A DNA stretch of 37,659 nucleotides. Origin: a virus. Location of the stretch: IMG/VR virus record IMGVR_UViG_3300035661_000168, positions 1 through 37,659 of that record. The stretch is one strand, 5' to 3'. Each line of letters starts with the position of its first letter. Within the stretch, counting starts at the first letter, position 1. The translations under genes were made by a program, and so were the position numbers. The notes under the pieces are model-generated. The model had not been told where the DNA came from and did not search any database. It saw only the letters and a list, made by a program, of their open reading frames with translations. Positions 1-8,937 of this stretch are shown here, one piece after another.

Positions 1-127
1 CGATTCTTCAGGCCTTTGGTAAATTATCAAACAAAGGAAACAGCTCAGTGTTTCCAACTGCCACAGACGGTACCGTTACGATCGCGGCCGATACGCCATT
101 ATCAAGAGACATGTACTATGACGTACT
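1..127. repeat. Terminal direct repeat: bases 1-127 are identical to 37533-37659 (circular-assembly overlap or terminal redundancy)
   Basis: Read directly. Both copies run cgattcttcaggcctttggtaaattatc...agacatgtactatgacgtact without mismatch, so the unique genome length is 37532 bp. Confidence 0.97.
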
Positions 128-833
128 AACTATCAACTCGGGCGCGACACTTTTCCCGAACGGATTCAGAGTCTTTGCTGCGACCTCGATTGTTAACAAC
201 GGATCAATTGATCGATCTGGAAACAACGCGTCAGGAACCGCCGCAACTCCTGCTTTAGCTGTTGGAACTTTGGCGGCCGGTACTGTGGGCGGAGCTGGCG
301 GAACGGCTGCTGGATCTGCCGGTGGAGCAGCGTCTCCAACCCTTGGCGGAGCTGGAGGAGCGGGTGGACTTGGATCAGGTGGTGCCGGTGGTGCCGCGGG
401 TGCTCAGACCGTAAACTCAGCTATCTTAGGCGGAGTCGAGATCCTTCAGGGTTATTCATACGCAAAAGAAACTAAGAACATTGCAGGTACGAGCATCGTT
501 GGTGGCACCGGAGCGGGTGGCGGCGGTGGAGACGGTGTCGCTGGCGGAGCGGGTGGCGGTGGCGGCGGAGCACTTGTCGTAGTGACTAGAAGCTTAACCG
601 GAACCGGAAGCATTAAAGCTATGGGCGGTAACGGCTTCACCCCAGTCACTGGCGGTAACAAGGGTGGCGGTGGCGGTGGCGGCGGCGGAATTATCTGTAT
701 CGCATCTGAAAACGATATTCTCGCAACATCCCTCACGCTATCTGTTTCCGGTGGCTCTGGAGCATCTGGAACTGGAACGGGAGTAAGCGGCGTTAACGGA
801 TCAGCTGGCCGCATCTACTTAGTACGGGTTTAA
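1..833 (+). CDS. Tail fibre protein, 3' part with glycine-rich tip. It continues the ORF that starts at 37253. The first full codon in the window starts at base 3. The ORF-track start at 48 (GTG) is an artefact of linearisation.
   Basis: Frame 3 is open from base 3 (ILQAFGKLSNKGNSSVFPTATDG...). It matches the in-frame end of the 37253 ORF through the 127-bp repeat. The product is Gly-rich (GGAGGTAAGSAGG, GGGGGDGVAGGAGGGGGG, GGGGGGGGG) and ends RIYLVRV*. Confidence 0.85.
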   Translation, partial: ILQAFGKLSNKGNSSVFPTATDGTVTIAADTPLSRDMYYDVLTINSGATLFPNGFRVFAATSIVNNGSIDRSGNNASGTAATPALAVGTLAAGTVGGAGGTAAGSAGGAASPTLGGAGGAGGLGSGGAGGAAGAQTVNSAILGGVEILQGYSYAKETKNIAGTSIVGGTGAGGGGGDGVAGGAGGGGGGALVVVTRSLTGTGSIKAMGGNGFTPVTGGNKGGGGGGGGGIICIASENDILATSLTLSVSGGSGASGTGTGVSGVNGSAGRIYLVRV

Positions 834-834
834 T

Positions 835-1200
835 ATGACAAAACGAGACATATACAATTACGACGGCGTTAAAGTCGGAGAGCTAGAGCTTCCGAACGAA
901 ACAACAGAAGAGCAGTGGGCTGAAAAGCTTGCTGCTTATGCCTCTCCGCCGATAGTTAATTTCGCAGACGTTACGCCCAGACAAATCAGACAAGCTTTGG
1001 TTTTAAGTGGCGTTAGCTTATCTCAAATAGATGAGGCTCTTGCGGGACTGCCAGAGCCCATGAAAACCCTTGCGACAATTGAGTGGCAATACTCTGTCGC
1101 ATTTATTAGAGCAAACCCACTTGTCGCGCAAGTTGGTCAATCTTTGGGCTGGACATCAGCACAAGTAGATGCGCTATGGACTTTGGCTAAGAACTTATGA
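835..1200 (+). CDS. Hypothetical protein; possible tail-fibre accessory or assembly protein, by position only
   Basis: ATG lies 1 nt after the fibre stop. The 121-aa ORF has an ATGA overlap with the next gene. No motif recognised with certainty. Confidence 0.6.
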   Translation: MTKRDIYNYDGVKVGELELPNETTEEQWAEKLAAYASPPIVNFADVTPRQIRQALVLSGVSLSQIDEALAGLPEPMKTLATIEWQYSVAFIRANPLVAQVGQSLGWTSAQVDALWTLAKNL

Positions 1201-1691
1201 TCACAGCGTTTGTCTCAAAGAATCACTTGCCGCTCTCATGGCTCATCCGAAAAATGAGCGGAGAGCCTGCAAGTCACTTTGGCATATGCTTTGACGACAG
1301 ACTCGTGTTTCATTCTACGTTCTCAGGCGCACATCCAAGTTTCAAGAAAACATTCCTTAAGAAGAACTCTATTGTTTGGGAGATAAAAATTCCAGCAACT
1401 TACGAACAAGAAGAAGAGATCTTTCAAAAGTGTTTAGAGTTTGATGGCGCAAGATATGATTTCATGGCGCTCATTTATGACGGTCTTTCTATGTTAAACA
1501 AGATTCTTTTTCACGTAAGAGAGCCTAAAAAGAACGAGTGGAATCAAAAGAACGAGTACCTATGCTGTGAGGTGGCTGAAACTTTAAGTCCAGTCCTACC
1601 TATAGAATGGGACGTTTCTGCCGATACTCCATGGGGAGTGATCAACAAGATCAATCTTGCGGTGAAATCAAATCCCGATACAATAAACTAG
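1197..1691 (+). CDS. Putative permuted papain-like amidase (YiiX/YaeF, peptidase C92-like)
   Basis: His comes before Cys, as in permuted NlpC/P60-type enzymes: ASHFGICF ... GARYDF ... EYLCCEVAE (compare SHVGI ... G.pYDf ... YCSElV). ATGA start/stop coupling to the upstream gene. Confidence 0.45.
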   Translation: MITAFVSKNHLPLSWLIRKMSGEPASHFGICFDDRLVFHSTFSGAHPSFKKTFLKKNSIVWEIKIPATYEQEEEIFQKCLEFDGARYDFMALIYDGLSMLNKILFHVREPKKNEWNQKNEYLCCEVAETLSPVLPIEWDVSADTPWGVINKINLAVKSNPDTIN

Positions 1692-1701
1692 AGGACATCA
1701 A

Positions 1702-2070
1702 ATGCCATTGACTGCCCCTGAGAAGCCTATCAATAAAGAGACGTTCGAAGCCCTCATGTGCTTCCCGTTTGTCACGCTTGAAGGGATAGCCGACTTCTTT
1801 AAATGTAATAAGCAAACCATACAGCGGTGGGTCAAGCGCCAATATAATTGCACTTTTGATACTTTAAAGGCCAAAAAATGGGAAGGCATGAAGACCAAGC
1901 TTTTAGGTAAGCAGCTCGACATGGCGCTTAAGGGTAACATCCAAATGCTTGTACATCTTGGTAAGAACTATTTAGATCAAACCGAGAAGATAGAGCAAAA
2001 AATAGATGTTAAGGTGACTGAGTTCAAAATAGGTTGGGCAGATGAGACTGATACTCCCAAGAAGAACTGA
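1702..2070 (+). CDS. terS: Terminase small subunit (HTH type)
   Basis: GAGGA Shine-Dalgarno upstream of the ATG. The 122-aa product has an HTH-like segment LEGIADFFKCNKQTIQRWVKR. It lies immediately upstream of the large terminase and overlaps it. Confidence 0.65.
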   Translation: MPLTAPEKPINKETFEALMCFPFVTLEGIADFFKCNKQTIQRWVKRQYNCTFDTLKAKKWEGMKTKLLGKQLDMALKGNIQMLVHLGKNYLDQTEKIEQKIDVKVTEFKIGWADETDTPKKN

Positions 2071-3358
2071 GCCTCAAAAAAGAATCCAAAACTCTACAGC
2101 TCGGTTTAAGATTGCCAATTTCGGACGGCAGTCTGGGAAGACGACTAATGGAACATGGACGATGTTTAAAAAGCCCCTCGAAGGTGAGCCCAATAGAGTT
2201 TACTGGCACATCCTACAAACCCACTCGGTCGCGGAGATCGCGTTTAATAGATATGTACAACTCTTCCCTCGAGAGTCATGGACCCATCTATTTGCCAAGC
2301 GGCCAAATGAATCAGAGCGCACAGTCTGGCTCTCGGGTCATAGGCAAGTAAGCTTTAAGTCCGGCGAGAACTTTGAGGATCTAAGGGCTGAGACTTTATC
2401 AGGACTTATCATAGATGAGTGCCGGCAGCAGGATCCGAAGCTCTGGACCATGGTGACTCGACCGATGCTTGCAAAATATAAAGGCTGGGCTGATTTCTAT
2501 TCAACTCCTAATGGCTATGATTGGTTCTATGACTTATACCAATCGGCAAAAACTAATCCAGAAGAATGGGAATGTTTTACCTCGCCATCGACTGAAGCTT
2601 GGTGGTGGACGCCAGAAGAGATCGAGTCTGCAAGAAGATCAATGTCTGAGGCCCAGTTCGCGCAAGAGATCATGGCCGAGTTCAGGGATCTTGCTCAAGG
2701 CAAGGCTTACATAAACTTCGGTGATCACAACAAGCGCATAGGCTCTCCACTTGCTCAAGCCGGATCAGAGCTCAATAGATATCTACCAATTCACGTGGGC
2801 CTTGATTTCAACTTAACCCCGATGGCCTGGACCCTAAGTCAGAAGCGCGGCAACCATATGCATTTTCATGACGAGATATTCCTCGAGGGATCTCACACGC
2901 CAGAGGCCGCGGAAGTCTTAGCTCAAAAAGTAAAGGGCCACGCCATGGGCGTTGTTCTTTGTGGTGATGCTACTTCGAAGGCCGGACAAAGAGCCGCAGC
3001 AGGCGCGAGTGACTATGACATCCTGTGCAGCGTGTTAGATGGTCATGGTATCAAGTGGACTAACCTTACGCCGGCTTCAAACCCTATGGTCAAAGATAGA
3101 GTCAACACCGTGAACGCGAGATTAAAGTCTGCGAGTGGCGAAGCCTTTGTAACGATAGATCCAGTTACTTGCCCGCGGCTTGTAAGGGATTTCGAGCGTG
3201 TGGTTTGGAAGCAAGGCGCATCGTCTTTGATCTTAGATCAAAAGACCGACCCCTTACTCACGCATGCCTCTGATGGAGCTGGATACTTGATCTGTCAGAC
3301 ATTGCCGATTGATTCTACAAGTCAACCCGTTGGCGGTTTGTCAGTTATCTTGCGTTGA
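2042..3358 (+). CDS. terL: Terminase large subunit
   Basis: Walker A-like FGRQSGKTT and Walker B LIIDEC. RNaseH-like nuclease acidic motifs HVGLDFN and THASDGAGYLI near the C-terminus. 438 aa. Confidence 0.9.
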   Translation: MRLILPRRTEPQKRIQNSTARFKIANFGRQSGKTTNGTWTMFKKPLEGEPNRVYWHILQTHSVAEIAFNRYVQLFPRESWTHLFAKRPNESERTVWLSGHRQVSFKSGENFEDLRAETLSGLIIDECRQQDPKLWTMVTRPMLAKYKGWADFYSTPNGYDWFYDLYQSAKTNPEEWECFTSPSTEAWWWTPEEIESARRSMSEAQFAQEIMAEFRDLAQGKAYINFGDHNKRIGSPLAQAGSELNRYLPIHVGLDFNLTPMAWTLSQKRGNHMHFHDEIFLEGSHTPEAAEVLAQKVKGHAMGVVLCGDATSKAGQRAAAGASDYDILCSVLDGHGIKWTNLTPASNPMVKDRVNTVNARLKSASGEAFVTIDPVTCPRLVRDFERVVWKQGASSLILDQKTDPLLTHASDGAGYLICQTLPIDSTSQPVGGLSVILR

Positions 3359-4488
3359 CTCAAGGTCTAGAGCCCTTACAATTAAACCCAATGCCGGGGC
3401 TCAACCAGTCAAGTGTATATAGAAGTTTTGTCAAAGATCGAGATGCGGCTCTCGAAAAGGTCCTGCATAACAGCATGATCAAGATAGACAATGTTTTAAG
3501 GCGCTTATTCCAGGACTGGTTGAGTATCTGCATGCACTCACGCCGTCAGTGTAAGCCCAACACCAACAACGCATACTTTGACTTAGTAGTATTAAAGCAG
3601 GCCGAGAATAGAATGGACTCATTCATTCACGCAGCCCAAATCCAGATACATGAGATCATCAAAGACCTAAGGGTAAAGTCCTACGTGCTAGCGCTTACGA
3701 GTGAGGCTGAGGCTATAGGTAAGGCTTTAGGTAGACCCACGAAGTATAATCACTTGACGGCCGATGGCTTAAAAAGAGTTGAGAACATGCCTGCCCCAAA
3801 AGGTGGCAGCTTCGAGCGAGAGATCTTACATAACCTGTTCAAGATCAGAGACAAGCTTAAGTCTCAACTTCACTGGCTTATCATGAATCCCGATGTGACT
3901 GATCACGAGGGCTTGCAATACTTCTTAAAGAAGCTTCCTAGAACAAAACCTATGGGTTCTATGAAGAAGTCCTTAAAGCCTATCAAGAAGTTCGCTGAGG
4001 CCGACGAGCCTAAGAAGCGCTTCGATGATTTCTCTAGCGGATACATCGACGACGCTACTTGGGATGAGATCCTAGATGACTACCACAACGAGATGATCCA
4101 CGTGGACAGAAGTCCAGGGGCAATCGCTGCCGGTGCTGCCGAAGGCGATCCTTATTATGCATGGGAATTGGAGAGAGATGTCGTTAACGATTTCGTACAA
4201 CAGGTCAGATCTGGACAAGTGGATGCGGCTAATATTAATGGCATCACTGACTTTGTCGTTATTAGTGTGATCGACGATAAGACTTGTGAAGGATGTTGCG
4301 ACGATTATGGTTGCGTTGACTTCGACGGTCTCTTAACATCTGAAGTAGAAAAGATGACTAAAGGTAAGTACTCAGCACCACCCTACCATTTTAATTGTAG
4401 GTGTGCTTTAGCGCCTGCCACTGACGACATCCCGGACAAACCGGAAAGCAATGAAAAGGATTTCAACGCTTGGCTGAATACTCCATAA
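3355..4488 (+). CDS. Head morphogenesis protein, SPP1 gp7 / Mu F-like C-terminal domain
   Basis: C-terminal hallmark SAPPYHFNCRCALAP (the PP.H.NCRC motif of the MuF/gp7 family). TTG start in a TTGA overlap with the terL stop. Confidence 0.7.
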   Translation: MTQGLEPLQLNPMPGLNQSSVYRSFVKDRDAALEKVLHNSMIKIDNVLRRLFQDWLSICMHSRRQCKPNTNNAYFDLVVLKQAENRMDSFIHAAQIQIHEIIKDLRVKSYVLALTSEAEAIGKALGRPTKYNHLTADGLKRVENMPAPKGGSFEREILHNLFKIRDKLKSQLHWLIMNPDVTDHEGLQYFLKKLPRTKPMGSMKKSLKPIKKFAEADEPKKRFDDFSSGYIDDATWDEILDDYHNEMIHVDRSPGAIAAGAAEGDPYYAWELERDVVNDFVQQVRSGQVDAANINGITDFVVISVIDDKTCEGCCDDYGCVDFDGLLTSEVEKMTKGKYSAPPYHFNCRCALAPATDDIPDKPESNEKDFNAWLNTP

Positions 4489-6209
4489 AAGGTCCTGACG
4501 CCTTTCATATAGATGACGGTAATCCACACGCTAAAGTAGAGCGTAGTTACGTCCTTCAAAAACAAATCGTAGACATCGAAAAGAACTATCAGGTCGATGA
4601 CCAATTCAGAGAAGCTCAGTCCGTAGATGAAGTTCACACGATCGCTGAGCTCATCAAGTATGCCGAAGAAGGCAAGATCGAGATCGATGCAAGAGTCATT
4701 GGTCTAGATAAAGACGGCAACGCAGGCGTTGCGCACCTAGACACTAAAGAGTTTGTAGAAGCTCACCGAAATCCAAAAGCAGGCACATTAAAACTACGCG
4801 AGTCAGTCGACACGTTTAATTCTGATGGGCCCTATGCAAACCTAGGGAAGGTCGGCAATGACTTCACTCCTCTTTTGGGCGGCCCTTTTTATAAGCAACT
4901 TTATTATTATGATTACATGCGTATGCATAGTGCTGCATTTTATGCATATAATCATGATCCCTTGGCCAGGGCTATTGTATCTATTACTCGCGACTTTACT
5001 CTGGGTCGCGGTTGGCGTGCTGATAGTTCAAACAAAGCTGCACTAGCTTTATGGGAAGCCTTCGCTGACGCGAATGATCTCTATAATAAAGTAGATCATA
5101 TAGCCGTTGAGCTAGCCGTTTATGGCGAGACCATGATTTGGTGGCTGCCGGATAACGAAACTAAGATCACTTATAATCTAGGTAAGGGACAAACTGTGCC
5201 TAGAGGTTTGATCCCACGCATACGACTTATAGATCCATCATGCATTTGGGACATAATCACCTATCCAGAAGATATTACCAGAGTGCTTGCCTACCAATGG
5301 GTAGCTCCGACTCAGTACCAGATCTATACTAAAGACAACAAGACCGGCACAAGCGTGCCTTCTTCTAAGTTTATCTATCAGCAGATTCCTTCAGATCAAG
5401 TCATGCACTTTAAAGTGAACTCTGTTTCAAATGAGAAGCGCGGACGATCTGATTTGTTTCCGATCTTAGGATACTTAAAGCGCTTAAGAGATTCTGTTAA
5501 CTACGGGATCATTGCCCTACAAAAGAACATGGCCTGGTCAATAGACACGACCGTTGAAGGATCTCAATCTGATTTGAATGCATACGTTATGTCGCAGCAG
5601 GAGATTGGAACTATTCCGCCAGCTGGTTCAGAGTTTGTGCATTCTAAAAAAGTAGAGCGAAAGTATTTAAGCAACGAGGGTGGTCGTGGACAAGGTGTAC
5701 AAATTTTTGAGTGGTGTATGTCCTGCATTGCTGCGGGTAGCGGCATTCCTGTTAACTACTTTGGCTCTCACCTTGGCGGTGGTGGTACTCGAGCAAGCGC
5801 TCTTGTGGCTACAGAGCCGGTAACGAAGAAGTTTGAAAAGCGGCAGCTCGTGTATCAACAGATGCTCGATAAGATGGCTAAGCGATTATTTAAAATGTAC
5901 GGCATCGAAGCTGACATTGAATTTACTTTCCCAGAATTAGTGTCTCAAGACAGATCAGCAAAGCTTAAGGACATGGCTTTGGCAGAACTCCAAGGATGGA
6001 TCTCACGTGAGAAGCTGGCACCGATTGCGGCTAAAGAACTTGGGATTGATGACTATGATCCCGATGTAGACATGGGCATATCAGAGCAAGCTCCACTCGG
6101 TGGTGCAAGTCCACTATCAACTCCGCCAGCATTAGACGCCGGCGACAACCCTAAGCCGTCCGCGGTAACAGGCGAAGAGAGAGCTGCGATTGCAAAACAA
6201 GAATCTTGA
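4470..6209 (+). CDS. Portal protein
   Basis: 579-aa ORF in the packaging/head module. The only start candidate after the upstream in-frame stop is TTG 4470, with AAGGA 9 nt upstream. Size and position are typical of portals. No diagnostic motif read by eye. Confidence 0.7.
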   Translation: MAEYSIKGPDAFHIDDGNPHAKVERSYVLQKQIVDIEKNYQVDDQFREAQSVDEVHTIAELIKYAEEGKIEIDARVIGLDKDGNAGVAHLDTKEFVEAHRNPKAGTLKLRESVDTFNSDGPYANLGKVGNDFTPLLGGPFYKQLYYYDYMRMHSAAFYAYNHDPLARAIVSITRDFTLGRGWRADSSNKAALALWEAFADANDLYNKVDHIAVELAVYGETMIWWLPDNETKITYNLGKGQTVPRGLIPRIRLIDPSCIWDIITYPEDITRVLAYQWVAPTQYQIYTKDNKTGTSVPSSKFIYQQIPSDQVMHFKVNSVSNEKRGRSDLFPILGYLKRLRDSVNYGIIALQKNMAWSIDTTVEGSQSDLNAYVMSQQEIGTIPPAGSEFVHSKKVERKYLSNEGGRGQGVQIFEWCMSCIAAGSGIPVNYFGSHLGGGGTRASALVATEPVTKKFEKRQLVYQQMLDKMAKRLFKMYGIEADIEFTFPELVSQDRSAKLKDMALAELQGWISREKLAPIAAKELGIDDYDPDVDMGISEQAPLGGASPLSTPPALDAGDNPKPSAVTGEERAAIAKQES

Positions 6210-6600
6210 TCTAACCCTAGACGACCTTCAAGAGGATCCGAAGAAGTTCGGACTCCCGACCTTTGAAGAGTTTTGCGCAAACCCAGACAGATGGCGCAAG
6301 CGCAATGAAGATGCATTTAACTTAATAGACGCCGGCTCTCAGGCCATGAAGAATCAAATTGAAAAGCACGTTTACTACGTGGCAGGATATAAGTGCGGGT
6401 CATTAGAAATCGCTCAAAAGGTCTTGATGGATGAATATGGAATTTCAGCCGCCAAGGATTTTTCCGATATAGGTGTAACCATTGAACTAGAGGACTCGCG
6501 CATGGGTAAGTATATTGCTCATGTGAAGATAGATCCTAAAAAACAGACAAAGGCCTTCAAGGATGAAGAACTTCGTAATAAGATCCTCAACCCGTACTAG
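6190..6600 (+). CDS. Hypothetical protein (head module)
   Basis: 136-aa ORF between portal and scaffold. TTG start, overlapping the portal end by 20 nt. Confidence 0.55.
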   Translation: MQNKNLDLTLDDLQEDPKKFGLPTFEEFCANPDRWRKRNEDAFNLIDAGSQAMKNQIEKHVYYVAGYKCGSLEIAQKVLMDEYGISAAKDFSDIGVTIELEDSRMGKYIAHVKIDPKKQTKAFKDEELRNKILNPY

Positions 6601-8428
6601 GGAAGCTAACGCTCCTGAGTTGGGAATAGTCACCAAGCCTGCCGTTTTAGTAGGCGGTCCGATTGGCGTAGTCCAACATAATCTTACAAAGCACTTCTCT
6701 ATTAAGAAGGGTATCAATGGAAAAAAAGCCAAAGAAGCTGAAGACGATTCCGCAAAAGCAGTCAAACCAGGACACGATAATGAACGACCTTCCGAGCCTA
6801 AAGGCAAAGTACAAGATGAAGGAAGTCAGAGTCCCGGCACAGACTCAGGGGAAGATGAAGCTCAGAAAATCCTCTTAGAGAATCCTACGATCTCAGGCGC
6901 TACACTCATCAACATGATCAAGGCTAAGGGCCTAAAGATCGTGCCTAAAGAAGCAGACAGCGCGTCTAGTTTTAGTCCAGCCGTCAGGGCTGGGGTCAAA
7001 AAAGAATCGTCACTTAAGATTCAATCCGTCAGGTTCCTTGAGGGCTCAAACGCTAAGGACTCCGGCGTTGGCTATACTCGCATGAGAGTTGTGCTCATCG
7101 AAGAAGGCATGGGTAATTCAAACTCAGCCTTCTATTATAATAAGGACGCAATCAATTCGTGCGTTGCTTTGTTTGAAGGAAAAAAGATTTATGCTGATCA
7201 CCCTACCCGTACCGAGGACGAAACTCGTCCTGAGCGCTCTGTTCGGGATGTACTCGGACACTACGAGAACGTGGCAGTTACCGAAAGTGACAGTGGTCAG
7301 TCGCAACTCGAGGCCGATGTGGTTATTATGCCAGATCAACCTTTCGCTTGGGCGCGTGCACTTCTGCGTACAGCTGTCGAGTTTTCGAAGAAATACCCGG
7401 ACAAAGAATTCGTAGGACTTTCCATTAACGCTTCCGGCGATGCCGAAGAGCAGCCGATTCAATCAGTCCTCGAGTCCGCTCCCGAGGGAGCAAAGCTTAA
7501 GATCCAAGAAGCCATTCAGGCCGGGATCGAATCACTAAGAGTTGTAAGTAAGATAGATGACGCTGTTTCTTGTGACCTTGTAACAGAGGCCGGGGCCGGT
7601 GGAAAAGTTTTAAACCTAATAGAACAGGAGAAAAGCATGAGCAAAAAAGTAAAGGCTAAGGAGTCTGACGACTCTAAGGACCTCAAGAAAAAAGCGCCCG
7701 CAGCGGCAGATAGCAAAGATGCTGTTAACGCTGATGCAGAAGAAGCTGAGGGCAATGATGCTGCTCAACCTTCTGATGGCGAACACGCAGATGAGAAACA
7801 AGACATTGAGCTCATTAAAAAGATGATCGCTAAATACATGGGCGATGGCGATGGCCAAGTAAAAGAGTCTGAAGCTCAAGAAGCTCAAGGCATTGCACAT
7901 GAGTGTATGAAGCAAGCTCTTGAAATGGGCATGAGCAAAGAAGAAGCTTTGAAGTGTGCTGAGGCTGGAATGCGCGCTGCTAAGAAATTAGCTGCTGCGA
8001 ATGAATCAGTTGAAGCCGAGTCAGAGTCTAAAGAAGAAGCAGAAGCTGTTGAGGCTGAAGCAGAAGCTAAGGAATCTAAAGAAGCATTAGAGAAAAAAGA
8101 ATCTAATGTTATCAAGATGACTGCTCGCATTGCTCTCTTAGAGTCTGAGAACTTAAAGCTTAAAACTGAGAAACATTTAGAAACACTTTGTGTTGAGTCA
8201 GGTCTTCCCATGGCTGCAACTAAAGCGTTCCGCACAATGGAATCAGTTAAGTCTGCAAAGACTGTAGCTGAGCTCGATAAGATCATGAAAGTATTTAAAG
8301 AAGGCTTTGGACATAGCTCAAGCGGTAAGGCTGACAGCATGTACAGCTTTGTAACAACAACAGAAAAAACAACCAATCAGAACAGCTCAAGCGGTAAGGC
8401 TTTAGACTTTTCAGATTGCAAAAATTAA
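6563..8428 (+). CDS. Capsid scaffolding protein, possibly a protease-like/scaffold fusion
   Basis: 621 aa. The central conserved-looking block is FEGKKIYADHPTRTEDE...VLGHYENVAV...FVGLSINASG. The C-terminal third is a highly acidic coiled coil (EAESESKEEAEAVEAEAEAKESKE). Its position portal - X - decoration-like - MCP parallels lambda C/Nu3. Confidence 0.55.
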   Translation: MKNFVIRSSTRTREANAPELGIVTKPAVLVGGPIGVVQHNLTKHFSIKKGINGKKAKEAEDDSAKAVKPGHDNERPSEPKGKVQDEGSQSPGTDSGEDEAQKILLENPTISGATLINMIKAKGLKIVPKEADSASSFSPAVRAGVKKESSLKIQSVRFLEGSNAKDSGVGYTRMRVVLIEEGMGNSNSAFYYNKDAINSCVALFEGKKIYADHPTRTEDETRPERSVRDVLGHYENVAVTESDSGQSQLEADVVIMPDQPFAWARALLRTAVEFSKKYPDKEFVGLSINASGDAEEQPIQSVLESAPEGAKLKIQEAIQAGIESLRVVSKIDDAVSCDLVTEAGAGGKVLNLIEQEKSMSKKVKAKESDDSKDLKKKAPAAADSKDAVNADAEEAEGNDAAQPSDGEHADEKQDIELIKKMIAKYMGDGDGQVKESEAQEAQGIAHECMKQALEMGMSKEEALKCAEAGMRAAKKLAAANESVEAESESKEEAEAVEAEAEAKESKEALEKKESNVIKMTARIALLESENLKLKTEKHLETLCVESGLPMAATKAFRTMESVKSAKTVAELDKIMKVFKEGFGHSSSGKADSMYSFVTTTEKTTNQNSSSGKALDFSDCKN

Positions 8429-8440
8429 AAGGAGTATCTC

Positions 8441-8926
8441 ATGGCAAATAATATTACACGAGAGATCTCACCTGCTTCTATATTTGAAGACGCAAAGCCT
8501 GTAATCAGCTCTGCGACTACATTTAATCAGGGTGATCTTCTCATCTTGGACACGTCGACTCATTTGATTCGGCTTCCAGTAAGTGACGCTGAGTGCGCTA
8601 CCTTCGTAGGTATTGCACGCGTTGCGATCGTTAACGGAAAGAAAGCTTCTCCATATCAAGGAACAGCGGTTGACGCGGCATCGGCCATCGTCACTATCCC
8701 TGGTCCTGTATACGGAGTAATTGCAAAACTCACTCTTAAAACAGGTGATGCTTTCAATCCCGGAGATCTGGTTTATTACGGCGGTGCCGCACAAACTATT
8801 TCTTCAACAGGAACTAAAGCTATCGGTATTTACCAAGGTTTGGCAGTAGCCAGCGCGGTAGCCGGTCAAATCGGTGAAGCTCTCGTGGGACATCGTTTCC
8901 CCGGTGATGCTTTAGAAACAGCATAA
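8441..8926 (+). CDS. Putative head decoration / capsid cement protein
   Basis: AAGGAG Shine-Dalgarno. The 161-aa ORF lies directly upstream of the major capsid gene, analogous to lambda gpD position. Function is inferred from position and loose resemblance only. Confidence 0.4.
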   Translation: MANNITREISPASIFEDAKPVISSATTFNQGDLLILDTSTHLIRLPVSDAECATFVGIARVAIVNGKKASPYQGTAVDAASAIVTIPGPVYGVIAKLTLKTGDAFNPGDLVYYGGAAQTISSTGTKAIGIYQGLAVASAVAGQIGEALVGHRFPGDALETA

Positions 8927-8937
8927 GGAGAATAAAT

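Noticed and set aside
452-814. 120-aa proline-rich ORF on the minus strand (PPPPPPPPPP...)
   Set aside because: It is the antisense shadow of the Gly-rich fibre domain, since GGN codons read as NCC (Pro) on the other strand. It has no start context, and the + strand gene is supported by continuity with the 37253 ORF.
2112-2714. Alternative-frame ORFs 2112..2351 and 2469..2714 inside terL
   Set aside because: The terL frame carries the Walker A/B and nuclease motifs. The embedded ORFs are low-complexity basic peptides without start signals.
6700-6870. Run of 7 A (ggaaaaaaagcc, about 6719-6727) plus an alternative-frame ATG ORF of about 50 aa with AAGAAGGG upstream, inside the 5' part of the scaffold gene; considered as a frameshift site or nested gene
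   Set aside because: The alternative frame terminates after about 50 codons in a low-complexity basic peptide. Nothing downstream would be accessed by a shift. The A-run is explained by Lys codons in a Lys-rich linker.
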